A stretch of 64,000 nt of DNA, from contig CBDBFU010000015.1 of the NCBI GenBank assembly GCA_965205025.1, forward strand, positions 64,001 through 128,000, in the 5' to 3' direction. Shown piece after piece: positions 39,685 to 51,237 of this stretch. Numbering within the stretch: the stretch's first letter is position 1; each line of letters opens with the position of its first letter. The notes under the pieces are model-generated. The model did not search any database, had not been told where the DNA came from, and saw only the letters and a list, made by a program, of their open reading frames with translations. The DNA is from Candidatus Poribacteria bacterium (GTDB taxonomy: Bacteria > Poribacteria > WGA-4E > WGA-3G). A program made the position numbers and the translations under genes.

Positions 39685-40638
39685 TCAATCATCTTCAAGT
39701 TTGAATTCAAAAGGAATCCTAACAGCATACTCAATTGCTTTCCCATTTTCCTTTGCAGGTGTAAACTTAAATTTCTTCAATGCGGCGATGGCTGCTTCCT
39801 CAAAACCGAATCCCAAATTTGTCTCTGCAACAATATCTTTCGCAATTCCCTCAACAGTAATGATTGCTTTAAGAAATACTTTTCCTTCCTTTTCTGCCCT
39901 TCTTGCGTTTTTAGGATAGGTAGGTTTAACACGATACTTTGGTACCGGTCGTGTTATACCAGAAGATGTATTAATCTCAGGAACAGTCAGATCTGGACCA
40001 TTCGTTGAAGGTGCTGTATTCTCTAAGTCTGCAAACGGTGTATTCTGTTGAGTAGGTCTCAAAGAGGTTGTTGGGACTGGAGTGGTTTGTTTAGGTTGAA
40101 CAGGTCCCTTAAAACTTCTTTCCGGTAATCTGACTCTTGGACCAGCATTTAATTCTGTACCGTCAAGTACATCTGCTGTTTCTGAAGAAGGTAGTATAAA
40201 ATCCCTTGGACCTTTTGGTAGATCGGCATTTGTGACAACAGTCCGTTTTACAGGTGCTTCCACTTGCTGCTCTTTTGCTTCAAATGTAATTTTTGGACGT
40301 TTATTTACGATTACACGTTTTCTGTCAGGAACATCATTAGGTATAAACGCAGCTTCTAATCGTTCTGTCTCAGCTTCGATTCTATCTTTAATATAGAGTG
40401 CACCTAATACAATAGCGATAGATACATGAAGACCGATAGAAAAAATCAGAGAAAATGAATTACGACTACCGGTTTTTTGAACAGTTATTGGTTGCGGTTT
40501 ATTCTCTCTTGCTGCAGCGATGCCACCTTGTTGATTTTCGTCAATAGTAAATTTCTTTAATTTTGCATTAATCTTAGGTTTCTTTCGTTGAGCCCTACGA
40601 CTATGTATTTGGGATACAATATCGGAACTTCTACTCAT
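39685..40638 (-). CDS. tonB: Energy transducer TonB
   Basis: TM with SIGLH; Pro-rich linker; C-terminal PTYPKNARRAEKEGKV..FTPA..IPFEFKL. Confidence 0.88.
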   Translation of the reverse strand: MSRSSDIVSQIHSRRAQRKKPKINAKLKKFTIDENQQGGIAAARENKPQPITVQKTGSRNSFSLIFSIGLHVSIAIVLGALYIKDRIEAETERLEAAFIPNDVPDRKRVIVNKRPKITFEAKEQQVEAPVKRTVVTNADLPKGPRDFILPSSETADVLDGTELNAGPRVRLPERSFKGPVQPKQTTPVPTTSLRPTQQNTPFADLENTAPSTNGPDLTVPEINTSSGITRPVPKYRVKPTYPKNARRAEKEGKVFLKAIITVEGIAKDIVAETNLGFGFEEAAIAALKKFKFTPAKENGKAIEYAVRIPFEFKLEDD

Positions 40639-40829
40639 CTCTTTTCTCCTAAAGTTATCTCGTGATGCGGATAGCGCGCTTACAACACACCTACCGGAGT
40701 TAATGAGATAGTTATGAATTGATAAAGTATATAAATGTAATTATGCTGATAATATAACGAATTTAAAATAGAACTGATATCAATATCACTTAATTTGAAG
40801 ATTTTAAGTATACAAACCTATAGCAGCAT

Positions 40830-40858
40830 ATTATACCAACAGATTTCTATTTTGTCAA
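40830..40858 (-). promoter_or_regulatory. Consensus sigma70 promoter TTGACA-N17-TATAAT upstream of tonB
   Basis: Perfect match on the minus strand. Confidence 0.7.
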
Positions 40859-41113
40859 GATATTCTTTTTTCCCTTCCGAATAGCTAAGATTTCTTCCTT
40901 TTTATAATTTCTAATGTAGAAACCATTAAACAGAATAAGATCTTGTCGGATCTGAATATTTTGGTGTTTCTAATTAAAATATATGAAACTATAATGATAT
41001 ATCAATCAACATGTATCATAATTTCTAAATGTGATTATTGGTTTGATAAAACAAGAATACACAATTAGGTGTATTTTTAGAATAGGTGATGATGCTATAA
41101 TTAACCAAAATTA

Positions 41114-43354
41114 TTATGGATTCCACCAGAAAGTCATTTTAGCAACAACTGTAGAATTTCGTAATATACCGGGTGTTGTAGTATCAGTATCATAGGTTTG
41201 GTTAAATACAAAATAGAAATCACTACCTGGACGATAAATAAAATTAATCAAGAAGTTCGTAGTTACAAGGCTTGTTTCAGTATTCCATTGTGTAAATAGT
41301 TTTGCATACAAACTTGTAGAAAAAGAATAACTGAATCTGCCAGAGAATAGATTGGCATGAAACTCACCTGTGGGTAAAGTGACATGATTAAATTGATATT
41401 CACCATCAATGCTAATTCGGTAACTTGGTTTGAGTGTGGCATTAACAAAATATTTGTTTATATTCCCGTTATAGAAACTACCGAATTCAAAACCAGTTGT
41501 GGCACTAATTGGACGTGTATCACTTGAAGATAATCTTCCTCCAAGTGCATCATACTGGTAGTCATCAATAGGTATAATTATCCCGTCACGAATTTCAAAG
41601 TCCTCTTTCAATCTCTCAAATTTCCGATTGGCAAAAAACATGATTGAGTCTGCTGTTGAAAATGAAGTCCAATGAGTATATGAAACACTCCACCGTTCAA
41701 GTTCATTATCTTGTGTGAGAATGTAATTTATTTCAGGACCAGACCATATTTCTCTGATACCATATCTTTGTGGTCTGGGAACCCATCGTGCTTCACCTCT
41801 GACATGACGAATACCTTTTTGTCGAACATATCCTACCTCAGGATTAAAATCATCATCAATATCTGTAAGAGTTCCACTTACTCTAAAATTATCGTTCCGC
41901 CATTGCGATCCGAAATACCAGGCATTATTATTTCCATTTATGTCAGGAGAGAATGTGCGTGACCACATTGCACGAATATCAAGTTGATCTGTAGGTCGAA
42001 ATTCAAAATCTACTCCACCTGACCGATTATAACTACCTGGAGCATCTTTATTCACTGCAATTAATCCGATTCGAGATCCTGCTATAGCGTCCTTTGTCAT
42101 CCGAAAGACAGAATAATTTGTCCTTGGTATATCAATAGGTCCATCGTCCTCGTCAGTCTCTTCATAATATTCATCAGTTAGAACATTTAGGAATCCAACG
42201 CCATAAGATCCAATTTTACCACTTGCTTTTCCACCTACTATTATAGGAATAGCTCTTCCTTCATCAATTCCTATCTGTCTACTATAAAATAGAAGCATTG
42301 GTGGGGGTCTTCGGAAACTCTGTCTTGGGATACCAAAGTCAAATAACCCGGCTCCTTCTAAAAAGAAAGGCCGTTTCTCTGGGAAGAATAAGTTAAAACG
42401 AGTTAAGTTCACTTGTTCTTCATCAGCTTCAACTTGTGCAAAATCAGTATTATATGTTAAATCTGCGATTAGATTTGATGTAATTCCATATTTTGCATCA
42501 AATCCGACTTTAAACTCTTGAATCGTTTCTTGTGAAGAGTTATCATCATTAATTTGTGTTATTCCAGGGAGAACATAAGGTAGGAATTCCAAATTCCTTG
42601 AAGGTGAAATTCCATCTAATCCAACAAGTGACCCCAAATTTGTAGTACGATATTTTGCTAATCCACCAAAGGAAACGGGTACAGGAGTCCAAACTGTTTC
42701 TTCCTGTGTTCGCATCAATTCACGACCGACATTTAACCCCCATATTATTGGATCACTTTTTCTAAAACGTAGTTGACTAAAAGGAATACGCAATTCTGAT
42801 GTCCACGAAGTTTGGTTAATTTTTGACTGACACTCTACAACTGCATCCCAGTCTCCGTTCAACGTATCACCATTATTAGATATTGCTCTATCCTGAATTG
42901 CCCCTAATGCGTTGACACGAAAGAAAAAACCGCTCCGTTTGTCGTTGTATGTATCCAGTAATACAAAGACATTATCGTTTTCATGTAAATCACGAGAGTC
43001 TCTCCGCATTTCATTAGCAACAAGTTTTTCTATATTAGAATCATGACAGGTAAAACCGAAATATATATACTCATCATCATACAGGATTCTTACCTCCATC
43101 GGTTCTGAGTTAGGTTCACCTTCAAAAGGTTCAATCTGAATAAATTTATCAATGATTTCAGCTTTTTGCCAATCAACTTCGTTTAATTCGCCATCAATCT
43201 CTATACTCTCGTAAGTACGATATGCTTTAATTTCGTAGTTGTGTGCTTCTGGAAAAACATCATCAACATAGAAAAACAATAAAAAGAAAATCAGCGGAAT
43301 TCCAAATTTAATTAAACGGAGAATAAAAGATAAAGTATATGCCAAACACAGCAC
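41114..43354 (-). CDS. CBM9-like / DUF5916 outer-membrane protein
   Basis: IEIDGELNEVDW, WTSELRIPFSQLRF, DFAQVEAD..NLTRFNLFFPEKRPFFLEG. Confidence 0.85.
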   Translation of the reverse strand: MLCLAYTLSFILRLIKFGIPLIFFLLFFYVDDVFPEAHNYEIKAYRTYESIEIDGELNEVDWQKAEIIDKFIQIEPFEGEPNSEPMEVRILYDDEYIYFGFTCHDSNIEKLVANEMRRDSRDLHENDNVFVLLDTYNDKRSGFFFRVNALGAIQDRAISNNGDTLNGDWDAVVECQSKINQTSWTSELRIPFSQLRFRKSDPIIWGLNVGRELMRTQEETVWTPVPVSFGGLAKYRTTNLGSLVGLDGISPSRNLEFLPYVLPGITQINDDNSSQETIQEFKVGFDAKYGITSNLIADLTYNTDFAQVEADEEQVNLTRFNLFFPEKRPFFLEGAGLFDFGIPRQSFRRPPPMLLFYSRQIGIDEGRAIPIIVGGKASGKIGSYGVGFLNVLTDEYYEETDEDDGPIDIPRTNYSVFRMTKDAIAGSRIGLIAVNKDAPGSYNRSGGVDFEFRPTDQLDIRAMWSRTFSPDINGNNNAWYFGSQWRNDNFRVSGTLTDIDDDFNPEVGYVRQKGIRHVRGEARWVPRPQRYGIREIWSGPEINYILTQDNELERWSVSYTHWTSFSTADSIMFFANRKFERLKEDFEIRDGIIIPIDDYQYDALGGRLSSSDTRPISATTGFEFGSFYNGNINKYFVNATLKPSYRISIDGEYQFNHVTLPTGEFHANLFSGRFSYSFSTSLYAKLFTQWNTETSLVTTNFLINFIYRPGSDFYFVFNQTYDTDTTTPGILRNSTVVAKMTFWWNP

Positions 43355-43437
43355 CTCCTAAGGATGGGAATATAGGTCTATTATAAGAGACGAATAGGAG
43401 GGAAATTAGATTATATAAAATTCATCAAAATGATAAA

Positions 43438-45519
43438 TTAGTATTTGAATGTGAGGGCAATGAAAGGAACTAATCGCAATTGTGCAATTGGCACTTCTTC
43501 AGTAAAATCCGAATTATACCGTACTTGTAAGTAATTTATCTTATTATATACATTCCACAATTCGAATGTGAAACCTGCTCTGAATCTGTCAAAACTACTG
43601 TATGTCCAATGTATACGTAAATCTAAACGATGGTAGGGTTCAGTTCTTAATGGATCACCATATATTGGCAACCATGTTTCCTTCTTGCTGAATGGATTTG
43701 TATAATGCTCTCTATCTTCTAAAGGTGCATACAAGACACCACTCTTATATCTCCAATTTGCTCCAATATCAAGTGTGTGGAATGTATAATTGAGATTAAG
43801 AGAAAAAACATGGGGTGTACTAAACATATACTCTCTTTCTCTCTCATAAGGTGTATCTTGTCGTTTTGAAATGGTATAGGAATAAGCCACCCATCCTCGT
43901 AACACATCTCCGATTTGGTGTTCTAACGAAAATTCAAATCCTGTAACAGAACCAATACGTTGGTTTCTATAACTTCTATCATTTATATCGAAAGAAATCA
44001 TATCAAGTAGTTGTTTGTAATAGGTAGCGACTTCAACTCTTGTCTCATTGGTTAATCTTTTTTCCATAGTCACGACATAATGTCTTGCTAAACTTGGAGA
44101 GATAGCATATTTCTTATCACCAAGTACGAGTTGATAAAATTGTGGATTCTGAACATAATTACCATACTGAAAACGGATGTCTATTGGTAATAATGATAGA
44201 TTATGGTTGCCAGTGAAATTAGGTCCAAACGTCAAACCCAATAAGGCTCGCGGCTGTAATGAAAAAGTATCAATTAGATTGAAATATGTTCCACGCATAC
44301 CGATAGAACTATATATATTTACTATGGTTGATGAGAATATATCCTTTGTTAATTGACTATAACCTTCCAAACGATGCATTTTCTCAGAAATGCTTGTATG
44401 GATTTTCTCGCCATCCTCTTTTAATCTAATGTTATAATCCCAATCTCCTTCTTCAAGTGGTCGTGAACCAATACTAATGATATTAGATGGTAAAATAGAT
44501 AAAACAAAGCCTGATTCTAATAACGTTATTGGATTATTAATCCAATAATGTAGGTCTGCTCTTAGTGAGAAAACACTATCCGCGTTCCGATAAAAATAAC
44601 CTTCTCCATATTCAAGTTCAGACCGTGAGAAAGACCGAGTTAAAGATATGACGGACCGAAATTTCTTTTCCTTTTCAGAATATAGGTGAATCCCTTGTGA
44701 ATCAAATGGGTTGTCAGAAGTAAATAGACCCCGAAGATCACTCTCTGATACTTCATCTGCACCAAAACGGAATTGGGCGGAATCATCCGATCCAAATGCA
44801 TTTAATTCCACTCTATGTGTCTTGTTGATCTGATATACCCCTTTTCCTTGATAACTCCAAAACCTTGGTACTTGAACAACAAAATCACTCTCGATTTCTA
44901 ACGAAGTTGATAATAAATCAAATAGGGGTCCCATATTACTTCTGCGACCGAAAACATAGTAATAACCTCGTTCACCTATACTCCCTTCAACAAATGCTTG
45001 TGAATATACTGGATTGAGATTAAGGTTTGTGCCTATAGTCTTGTCAGTTCTACTTCTGGAATATATATCAATTACTGCTTGAGATTCTGATCCGAATTCA
45101 GCACCATATCCACCTGGGTAAACTTCCACTTTTTGTATCACATCTGCATTGACAGTAGAAACTATTCCATAGAGATGATATGGATATCCCAAAGGAAGTC
45201 TATCGAAATAATATAGATTATCTTCAGGACCACCACCACGCACTGATAGGATACCAGTAAAGTCATTTAATACACCCACACTTGGAAGAATATCTAATAC
45301 TCTAAGTGGGTCTCCACCACTTCCAACCAGCGTGTTGAATATGGAACCTTTAAGTGTATTCTTAGGTTTCTTCTCTATTTTCTCCGCGGTGATTTCAATA
45401 GGAGGCAAGGTAATTATATCGTCAGTTTCTGATGCATTTGTAGACAAACAGAATGATACGAATAGGATGTTTATAATTACGGATATGCAAACTTTTAGAG
45501 TAGGAAACACGTATAACAC
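43438..45519 (-). CDS. TonB-dependent receptor
   Basis: Plug motif SVRGGGPEDNLYYFD..VYPGGYGAEFG; C-terminal YHRLDLR..NVYN; ends in an aromatic residue. Confidence 0.88.
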   Translation of the reverse strand: MLYVFPTLKVCISVIINILFVSFCLSTNASETDDIITLPPIEITAEKIEKKPKNTLKGSIFNTLVGSGGDPLRVLDILPSVGVLNDFTGILSVRGGGPEDNLYYFDRLPLGYPYHLYGIVSTVNADVIQKVEVYPGGYGAEFGSESQAVIDIYSRSRTDKTIGTNLNLNPVYSQAFVEGSIGERGYYYVFGRRSNMGPLFDLLSTSLEIESDFVVQVPRFWSYQGKGVYQINKTHRVELNAFGSDDSAQFRFGADEVSESDLRGLFTSDNPFDSQGIHLYSEKEKKFRSVISLTRSFSRSELEYGEGYFYRNADSVFSLRADLHYWINNPITLLESGFVLSILPSNIISIGSRPLEEGDWDYNIRLKEDGEKIHTSISEKMHRLEGYSQLTKDIFSSTIVNIYSSIGMRGTYFNLIDTFSLQPRALLGLTFGPNFTGNHNLSLLPIDIRFQYGNYVQNPQFYQLVLGDKKYAISPSLARHYVVTMEKRLTNETRVEVATYYKQLLDMISFDINDRSYRNQRIGSVTGFEFSLEHQIGDVLRGWVAYSYTISKRQDTPYEREREYMFSTPHVFSLNLNYTFHTLDIGANWRYKSGVLYAPLEDREHYTNPFSKKETWLPIYGDPLRTEPYHRLDLRIHWTYSSFDRFRAGFTFELWNVYNKINYLQVRYNSDFTEEVPIAQLRLVPFIALTFKY

Positions 45520-45521
45520 CG

Positions 45522-47747
45522 TTAGAATGCTGCTGTTATGCCTAAATAAGGGATAATTGGAAGTTGATTGATGGCTTCTTTGGTCTTGTAGTCATCTTCA
45601 TATCTATAATTCAACAGATTCTTCCTATTATACGCGTTTAGAAGTTCGAAAAAGATTCCTAAATCCCAACTATTAAATTGGAATACTTTACTAATACGTA
45701 TGTCCAATCTATGATAAGGTGGTAATCTTTCAGAATTCTTTTCACCATAAATTGGTGTATAGATAATTCTACCAATATTCCTTGGATCAGGGATACGGAT
45801 AGCATCAACAACTGGGGTATAAGGGTTACCAGTACGATATTGCCATTTCATACCAAATTCCCATGTAGGAGTAAGGTTATAACTTGCAGCGAGTGTTGCT
45901 ACATGGGTTTGATCAAAAGAATAAAATCGGTACGGTTCATCTACACGGTCTCGACGTTTAGAGAGTGCATAAGCATAGGATAACCAGCCAAAGAACTTAT
46001 CACCGCTTTGATGTCTAAGAAAGACTTCTGTTCCTTGGGCATATCCTACGCCTTGGTTTAGGAATACAACACTTTCATCCGATGTAACCAAATTTGCAAG
46101 ATCTTTATAATAGGCAGCCATTTTTATTTCGGTGTCTTGTGATAATTGCCGTTTGAGTTCTATAATATAATGACTTGCCTGACTGGACTTCAAATTAGGG
46201 TTACCGACATTTGTAGAAAGTTGAGCTGGAATAGGGGTTTGATTGTAAATTCCGTAAGAAAACTGCAATTCAGAACTGGTAGGTAGTTCGATTTGTATAC
46301 TACCACGTGGTTGAAGAGAGAGTTGATCAATTCTATTGAAATAATCCAACCTAATTCCGTAAACTACCGAGACAAAAGGTAATAGTATATATCTATCTTG
46401 AAGATATGTTTCTATCCGTTGACCCCGTACATATTCATCAACATTAATCTTCTCCTCAAATCGGATATCATATTCCACTTCTCCCTCATCAGGGATTCTT
46501 GTAAAAGTTCCAGTAACCTCTCCCGGTTCCAGACCAACTATTAATCCCGATTCTAATCTGTGTCTTGAACTTAATTCATAGGCAAGATCTTCACGCAAAG
46601 TATAGTTTGGAGCATCAATATTAAGTGAGATTGCTGGACCGAAATTTACATCGAAAAGGAAATTAGATCGGGTGAGAGATAAGTAGGATGTAAGTTTATC
46701 TGTTAAGGTGGACCGAAGATGAAATCCGGCACCTTCAAAACCACTTTCAAAACTAGTATCTCCTCGAAAATCTTCATCCACATTATTACCATCTAATTTT
46801 AATGCAAACTTATCTCCTGAGGCGAATAAATTTAGGAAGAATTGATGCTTTTCACTTAAATCATAACCTGCTTTGAACTGATAATCCCAAAACCGTGGAA
46901 AAGCTGTAATTGACCCAGTAGCAAAAGAGAGAGAACCAATAAATAGATCAATATAACTTCTACGACCAGCTGCGTACCAATACCCTTTTTCGCCAATTTT
47001 TCCTTGAAGTAAACCTTCTGAATATAGCAAATTGAGATTTAACTTTCCACGGAGATTTTCTGGACTATTATCCTGAGAATAAATGTCTATGACAGCCTGT
47101 GAATCAACCCCATATTCTGCACCATATCCTCCCGCATAGACATCGATTCTATCAATAATTTCAGAACTTAACGAGGATACTAAACCCCCAAAATGGTATG
47201 GATACCCCACGGGGACACGGTCAAAATAGTATAAGTTATCTTCATCCGATCCACCACGTATATAAAGGGCACCACTAAAGTCATTGGCAACTCCTATCCC
47301 TGGGATCGCAGGTAAGGCACGTAAGGCATCTCCTGCAGTTCCTGGTAAACGTGTAATTTCTTTTGATTGGATACTCTTCTTAGTTACTGTTTTAGGTTGG
47401 CGTTGTGTACTCACCTCTACTTTTTCGAGTTCATATTCCTCAAAATTAACAAATATATTAGGTGTTAGTGTTTTACCAATTTCGACAACGATACTTGTTC
47501 TCTCGGTGGTATTATAATTAGGATAGGATATAGAGATTGTATATTTTCCTGCAGGAATTTCTGAGATCTTGAACATTCCATTTTCATCTGTTTTTAGCCT
47601 TTGTTCGGTTTCAATTATCTCAACAGTAGCCCCTACTAAAGGACGATCAGTGATACGACTATAAACTGTACCCTCTATTGACCCAGTTTGTGAAAAAACA
47701 GTACTTGGAATTAGTATTAATATAAGTAAGTAGAATAGATTCTTCAT
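45522..47747 (-). CDS. TonB-dependent receptor with N-terminal carboxypeptidase-regulatory-like domain
   Basis: TGSIEGTV..GATV..TDENG; YIRGG..YAGGYGAEYG; YHRLDIR; terminal F. Confidence 0.9.
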   Translation of the reverse strand: MKNLFYLLILILIPSTVFSQTGSIEGTVYSRITDRPLVGATVEIIETEQRLKTDENGMFKISEIPAGKYTISISYPNYNTTERTSIVVEIGKTLTPNIFVNFEEYELEKVEVSTQRQPKTVTKKSIQSKEITRLPGTAGDALRALPAIPGIGVANDFSGALYIRGGSDEDNLYYFDRVPVGYPYHFGGLVSSLSSEIIDRIDVYAGGYGAEYGVDSQAVIDIYSQDNSPENLRGKLNLNLLYSEGLLQGKIGEKGYWYAAGRRSYIDLFIGSLSFATGSITAFPRFWDYQFKAGYDLSEKHQFFLNLFASGDKFALKLDGNNVDEDFRGDTSFESGFEGAGFHLRSTLTDKLTSYLSLTRSNFLFDVNFGPAISLNIDAPNYTLREDLAYELSSRHRLESGLIVGLEPGEVTGTFTRIPDEGEVEYDIRFEEKINVDEYVRGQRIETYLQDRYILLPFVSVVYGIRLDYFNRIDQLSLQPRGSIQIELPTSSELQFSYGIYNQTPIPAQLSTNVGNPNLKSSQASHYIIELKRQLSQDTEIKMAAYYKDLANLVTSDESVVFLNQGVGYAQGTEVFLRHQSGDKFFGWLSYAYALSKRRDRVDEPYRFYSFDQTHVATLAASYNLTPTWEFGMKWQYRTGNPYTPVVDAIRIPDPRNIGRIIYTPIYGEKNSERLPPYHRLDIRISKVFQFNSWDLGIFFELLNAYNRKNLLNYRYEDDYKTKEAINQLPIIPYLGITAAF

Positions 47748-47855
47748 TATCCTAAACTCATTTCTTTCATTAGTATATAAGCATTGGTTACATTAAGTAT
47801 TATTAATTATACTATTTATTATTCTGTTTTTCCAGAAAATGAACAAATTGTCTGA

Positions 47856-50273
47856 TTAAAAGTCAATAGTCAACCCAATATACGGAATACGCGGTAATTG
47901 TCCACTTTCACCGATTTCTTGTTCTTCAATTTCAATTTTCTCACCTTGTACTTCAAAAGAACCCTCTTCAAGAATGAATTCAATTGTGTTTTTACGTTTA
48001 TAGACATTTAGAATCTCTAAAAAGCCACCAATCTTCATACCCATAAAGTTCCATTTATAACTTACTCGAAAATCTAATTTATGGTAAGGAGTGAGTCTTG
48101 CACTTAACGCTTTGTCAAGACTTGAGAATAGTGGATTTAGTCCACGGGTTACCGGATCTTGTATGAGTACGATAGTGCTAAGTGGGGTCTCTGAAGTACC
48201 ACTCAAATATTGCCACTTTGCACCAATATCAAAATCGGGTCTAACTGTATAATTTGCCACAACACTGACAATGTGTGTGTTATTAAAAAGATATGGTTGG
48301 TAAAGTTGATCTGGATTTTCTCTGCGTTCCGAATGGGTATAGGCATAGGATATCCATCCAAAAAATGTATCTGGAACACGATGACGTAGAAACAATTCTA
48401 TTCCACCTACATATCCCGATCCCTGATTAAGATAGTTTGCTACATCATCTTCAGTAATTAATTTCTGAGCATCTTTATAATATGTTGCAAACTTAAACTC
48501 TGTCTGATATGTGATTTCCTGTTCTATCTCCATTATATAGTGCCGTGTTACACTGGATTTTAAGTCTTGATTACCATTTTCTGATAACAGATAGGAAAGC
48601 TGAGGACTCTGTTCATATTGTCCATACGCAAAACGTAAGTTTGCTCCAATTGGAAGTGTAATACTTATACTTCCACGGGGTTGAATAGAAACTTGTTCAA
48701 TTAAATCTAAATAATCAAATCTTAAACCGGCTGCCATAGACAGATTCGGTAAGGGATCATATCGTGTTTGTAAATAACCTTCATAACGTTGTAAATCGTG
48801 TCCAAATTCATAATCTCTTGTTTCCTCAGTCTTCAACTGAGGAACTCCTTCATCGCCATACCTTATATTCTCTGGGTTTGTTTGCCTTATTTCGTTCAGT
48901 TCTACATCATCTGTTATTTCTTCAAATGAAGGGTACATTAAATGTTCAGTACTATTTGCTGGACTAAAAGCAAACAGAAAACCTGGTTCAATTTGGATGT
49001 TCGGTGTTAATTTGTATGATACATCCTCACGAAAGGTGTAAACTGGAACTTGAACCTGTAATAAGTATTCAATTGAGTCAGTTCTTGAGACCAATTCTCC
49101 CTGTTCAGTTCTCACTGTAGTCTCTGAAAAAACTGTATCTAATTCAATATCAAGATAATTAAGGGATCGGGTTAGAGAGAGATTAGAATTTAGTCTATCA
49201 GTGAATTTTGAACTCAAATGAATACCTTGACCATTAAAACCGTTTTTAAAGAAAATTGAGGATTCAAATGAATCTTCTTGTATACCAACTTCTTCTCGTG
49301 TTTCTTCTGCCTGAAAATGAAAATGGTCCGTTGCAGAAAACGCATTTAGGGTTATTTCATGATTTTGGTTTAGGGGATAGTATAATTTTAATTGATAGTC
49401 TGAAAAATATGGAAATTGCTGCTCTGATCCTGTTTGGGATTCCACAATCGGACCAACGATAAGATCAAAATAACTACGTCTCCCAGATATAGATGCGTAA
49501 CCTTTATCTCCGATTTTACTTTCTATCAATCCTTCGGAATAAATTACATTTAGATTAAATATTCCATTTAACCGTTCTTCAAGTTTTTCACGCGCATGGA
49601 TATCGATGACTGCCTGTGAATCTAAACCAAATTCACCACCATACCCTCCAGCGTAGATGTCTATTTTTTCAATTGTTTCTGAACTAATCGTAGAAATTAA
49701 TCCACCCCAGTGAAATGGGTATCCTAAAGGAGTTCTGTCAAGATAATAAAGGTTTGAACCTGGATCGCTTCCACGAATATACATTACACCAAAGAAATCA
49801 TTGGGAATTCCTATACTTGGAAGTGTAGTCAATCCCTTTAAGGCATCAGTGCCTACACCAGCAATACGAAGCAATTCACTACCACGGATATCCTTACGAC
49901 TCACAGTAGGTGGAACACGTTCCCCTTCAACAACGATTGTCTCTAATTCAAGGATATTACCAAGATACATCTTGACTTGGGTGGTATGACCTTCAGTCAC
50001 CTCAACAGTTGTCTTTGTCGGTGTTTTAAAAGAACGATGTATAATTGTCAGTTCATAGGCTCCAGGGGGAACACTTGTGAACCAGACTTTTCCTTCAAAA
50101 TCAGTTCTTTGTCTTTTATTAATCTCAGAGATATTAACTTCTGCACCTTCAAGTGGTTTTCCTGTATTTTGATTGTATACTGTTCCTTCAATAGTTCCTG
50201 TCTGTGCAAAAATTGAAATAGAAGGAATTGTTAACAAAATAATGTAAAGTACAATAAATGTAGATATTTTCAT
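47856..50273 (-). CDS. TonB-dependent receptor with N-terminal carboxypeptidase-regulatory-like domain
   Basis: Same motifs as the neighbour; start set at MKISTF (50273); terminal F. Confidence 0.9.
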   Translation of the reverse strand: MKISTFIVLYIILLTIPSISIFAQTGTIEGTVYNQNTGKPLEGAEVNISEINKRQRTDFEGKVWFTSVPPGAYELTIIHRSFKTPTKTTVEVTEGHTTQVKMYLGNILELETIVVEGERVPPTVSRKDIRGSELLRIAGVGTDALKGLTTLPSIGIPNDFFGVMYIRGSDPGSNLYYLDRTPLGYPFHWGGLISTISSETIEKIDIYAGGYGGEFGLDSQAVIDIHAREKLEERLNGIFNLNVIYSEGLIESKIGDKGYASISGRRSYFDLIVGPIVESQTGSEQQFPYFSDYQLKLYYPLNQNHEITLNAFSATDHFHFQAEETREEVGIQEDSFESSIFFKNGFNGQGIHLSSKFTDRLNSNLSLTRSLNYLDIELDTVFSETTVRTEQGELVSRTDSIEYLLQVQVPVYTFREDVSYKLTPNIQIEPGFLFAFSPANSTEHLMYPSFEEITDDVELNEIRQTNPENIRYGDEGVPQLKTEETRDYEFGHDLQRYEGYLQTRYDPLPNLSMAAGLRFDYLDLIEQVSIQPRGSISITLPIGANLRFAYGQYEQSPQLSYLLSENGNQDLKSSVTRHYIMEIEQEITYQTEFKFATYYKDAQKLITEDDVANYLNQGSGYVGGIELFLRHRVPDTFFGWISYAYTHSERRENPDQLYQPYLFNNTHIVSVVANYTVRPDFDIGAKWQYLSGTSETPLSTIVLIQDPVTRGLNPLFSSLDKALSARLTPYHKLDFRVSYKWNFMGMKIGGFLEILNVYKRKNTIEFILEEGSFEVQGEKIEIEEQEIGESGQLPRIPYIGLTIDF

Positions 50274-50488
50274 ATATATTTGTCCTGTTCTAATATAGAT
50301 TATCAATAAATACAACGTTCATTTATTGATATTGTTGACCAATTGGATAAAAACCCAAAATTATTGTTGTAGAGGAATGGTTGTTTCTAATACGCTATTA
50401 ATCCGTTTGGAGGGTGTGTAAAACTTTTGTAAGTGTTTCGTCATTGAGACAGTCCTTGAGGCATTCTCACTACCCGGCTGAGATTTCT

Positions 50489-50569
50489 TCACACCAGCGG
50501 TGTGATATGTCTATAGCAAACCGATACATGCAGAGCGCACACTCCAGCGGAGTGCTATGTCTATAGAAA
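50489..50569. repeat. Hairpin-TATGTCTATAG doublet, 50-bp period
   Basis: TCACACC-AGC-GGTGTGA and CACTCC-AGC-GGAGTG, each followed by TATGTCTATAG. Confidence 0.75.
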
Positions 50570-50575
50570 CATAAT

Positions 50576-50615
50576 GTAGCATAAACTTCCAGTTTGTGCA
50601 GGACTTCAAGACATA
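50576..50615. repeat. Partial family B element / GTAGCATAAACTTCCAGTTTGTGC REP
   Basis: Matches the reverse complement of 16086-16125. Confidence 0.65.
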
Positions 50616-51237
50616 CATAACAACGTGTGTATAAAGTATATGGCATTAATAAGAAGAAAATGAAACCAATCAAACAATAAAAAAATGAAGAAAACATCCA
50701 TCTCTAACAACTAAATACATATATCACAAAAACAGAAGCACATATTAAGAATATCTGTCAAAATGAAAATAAAATTAAGGTTTAGAACACAAACTAAAAA
50801 CCAATAACTATAAACTAATGACAATTTATAAAAACGATCCTAATTACAAAGTTTCATATACGTCAAATATGCATACCTTTATAACCGTTGGGTATCTCAA
50901 AATCAGAAAGCACAACAATAACACAAAATCACATATTTTCGAATTTCTTAAAAAGTCAATTCAAAGTGGAGTAAAGTCAGTCTATGACAGGGGTTATACG
51001 GGTAATTTACACCAATTTCAATGTCACACCGTGTGACAAAATGTGTAACTTTTTTCATGTTTTCGATACATAGAGAAATGCAACAACAATACGATCTACT
51101 GTCTGAGTATTTAGGATTAAATGACTGTTTTTAGACCTTATTTTTGTCTGTATATTAGGATTAACAATTCTAATTCATGGGAAACTGAGTCTCTAATGAT
51201 AAGTCTATTTTTTGGAGTTTTCTATATCAAAAATACC

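Noticed and set aside
50274-50490. Cobalamin or TPP riboswitch upstream of the TonB receptors
   Set aside because: No recognisable conserved riboswitch boxes on the minus strand.
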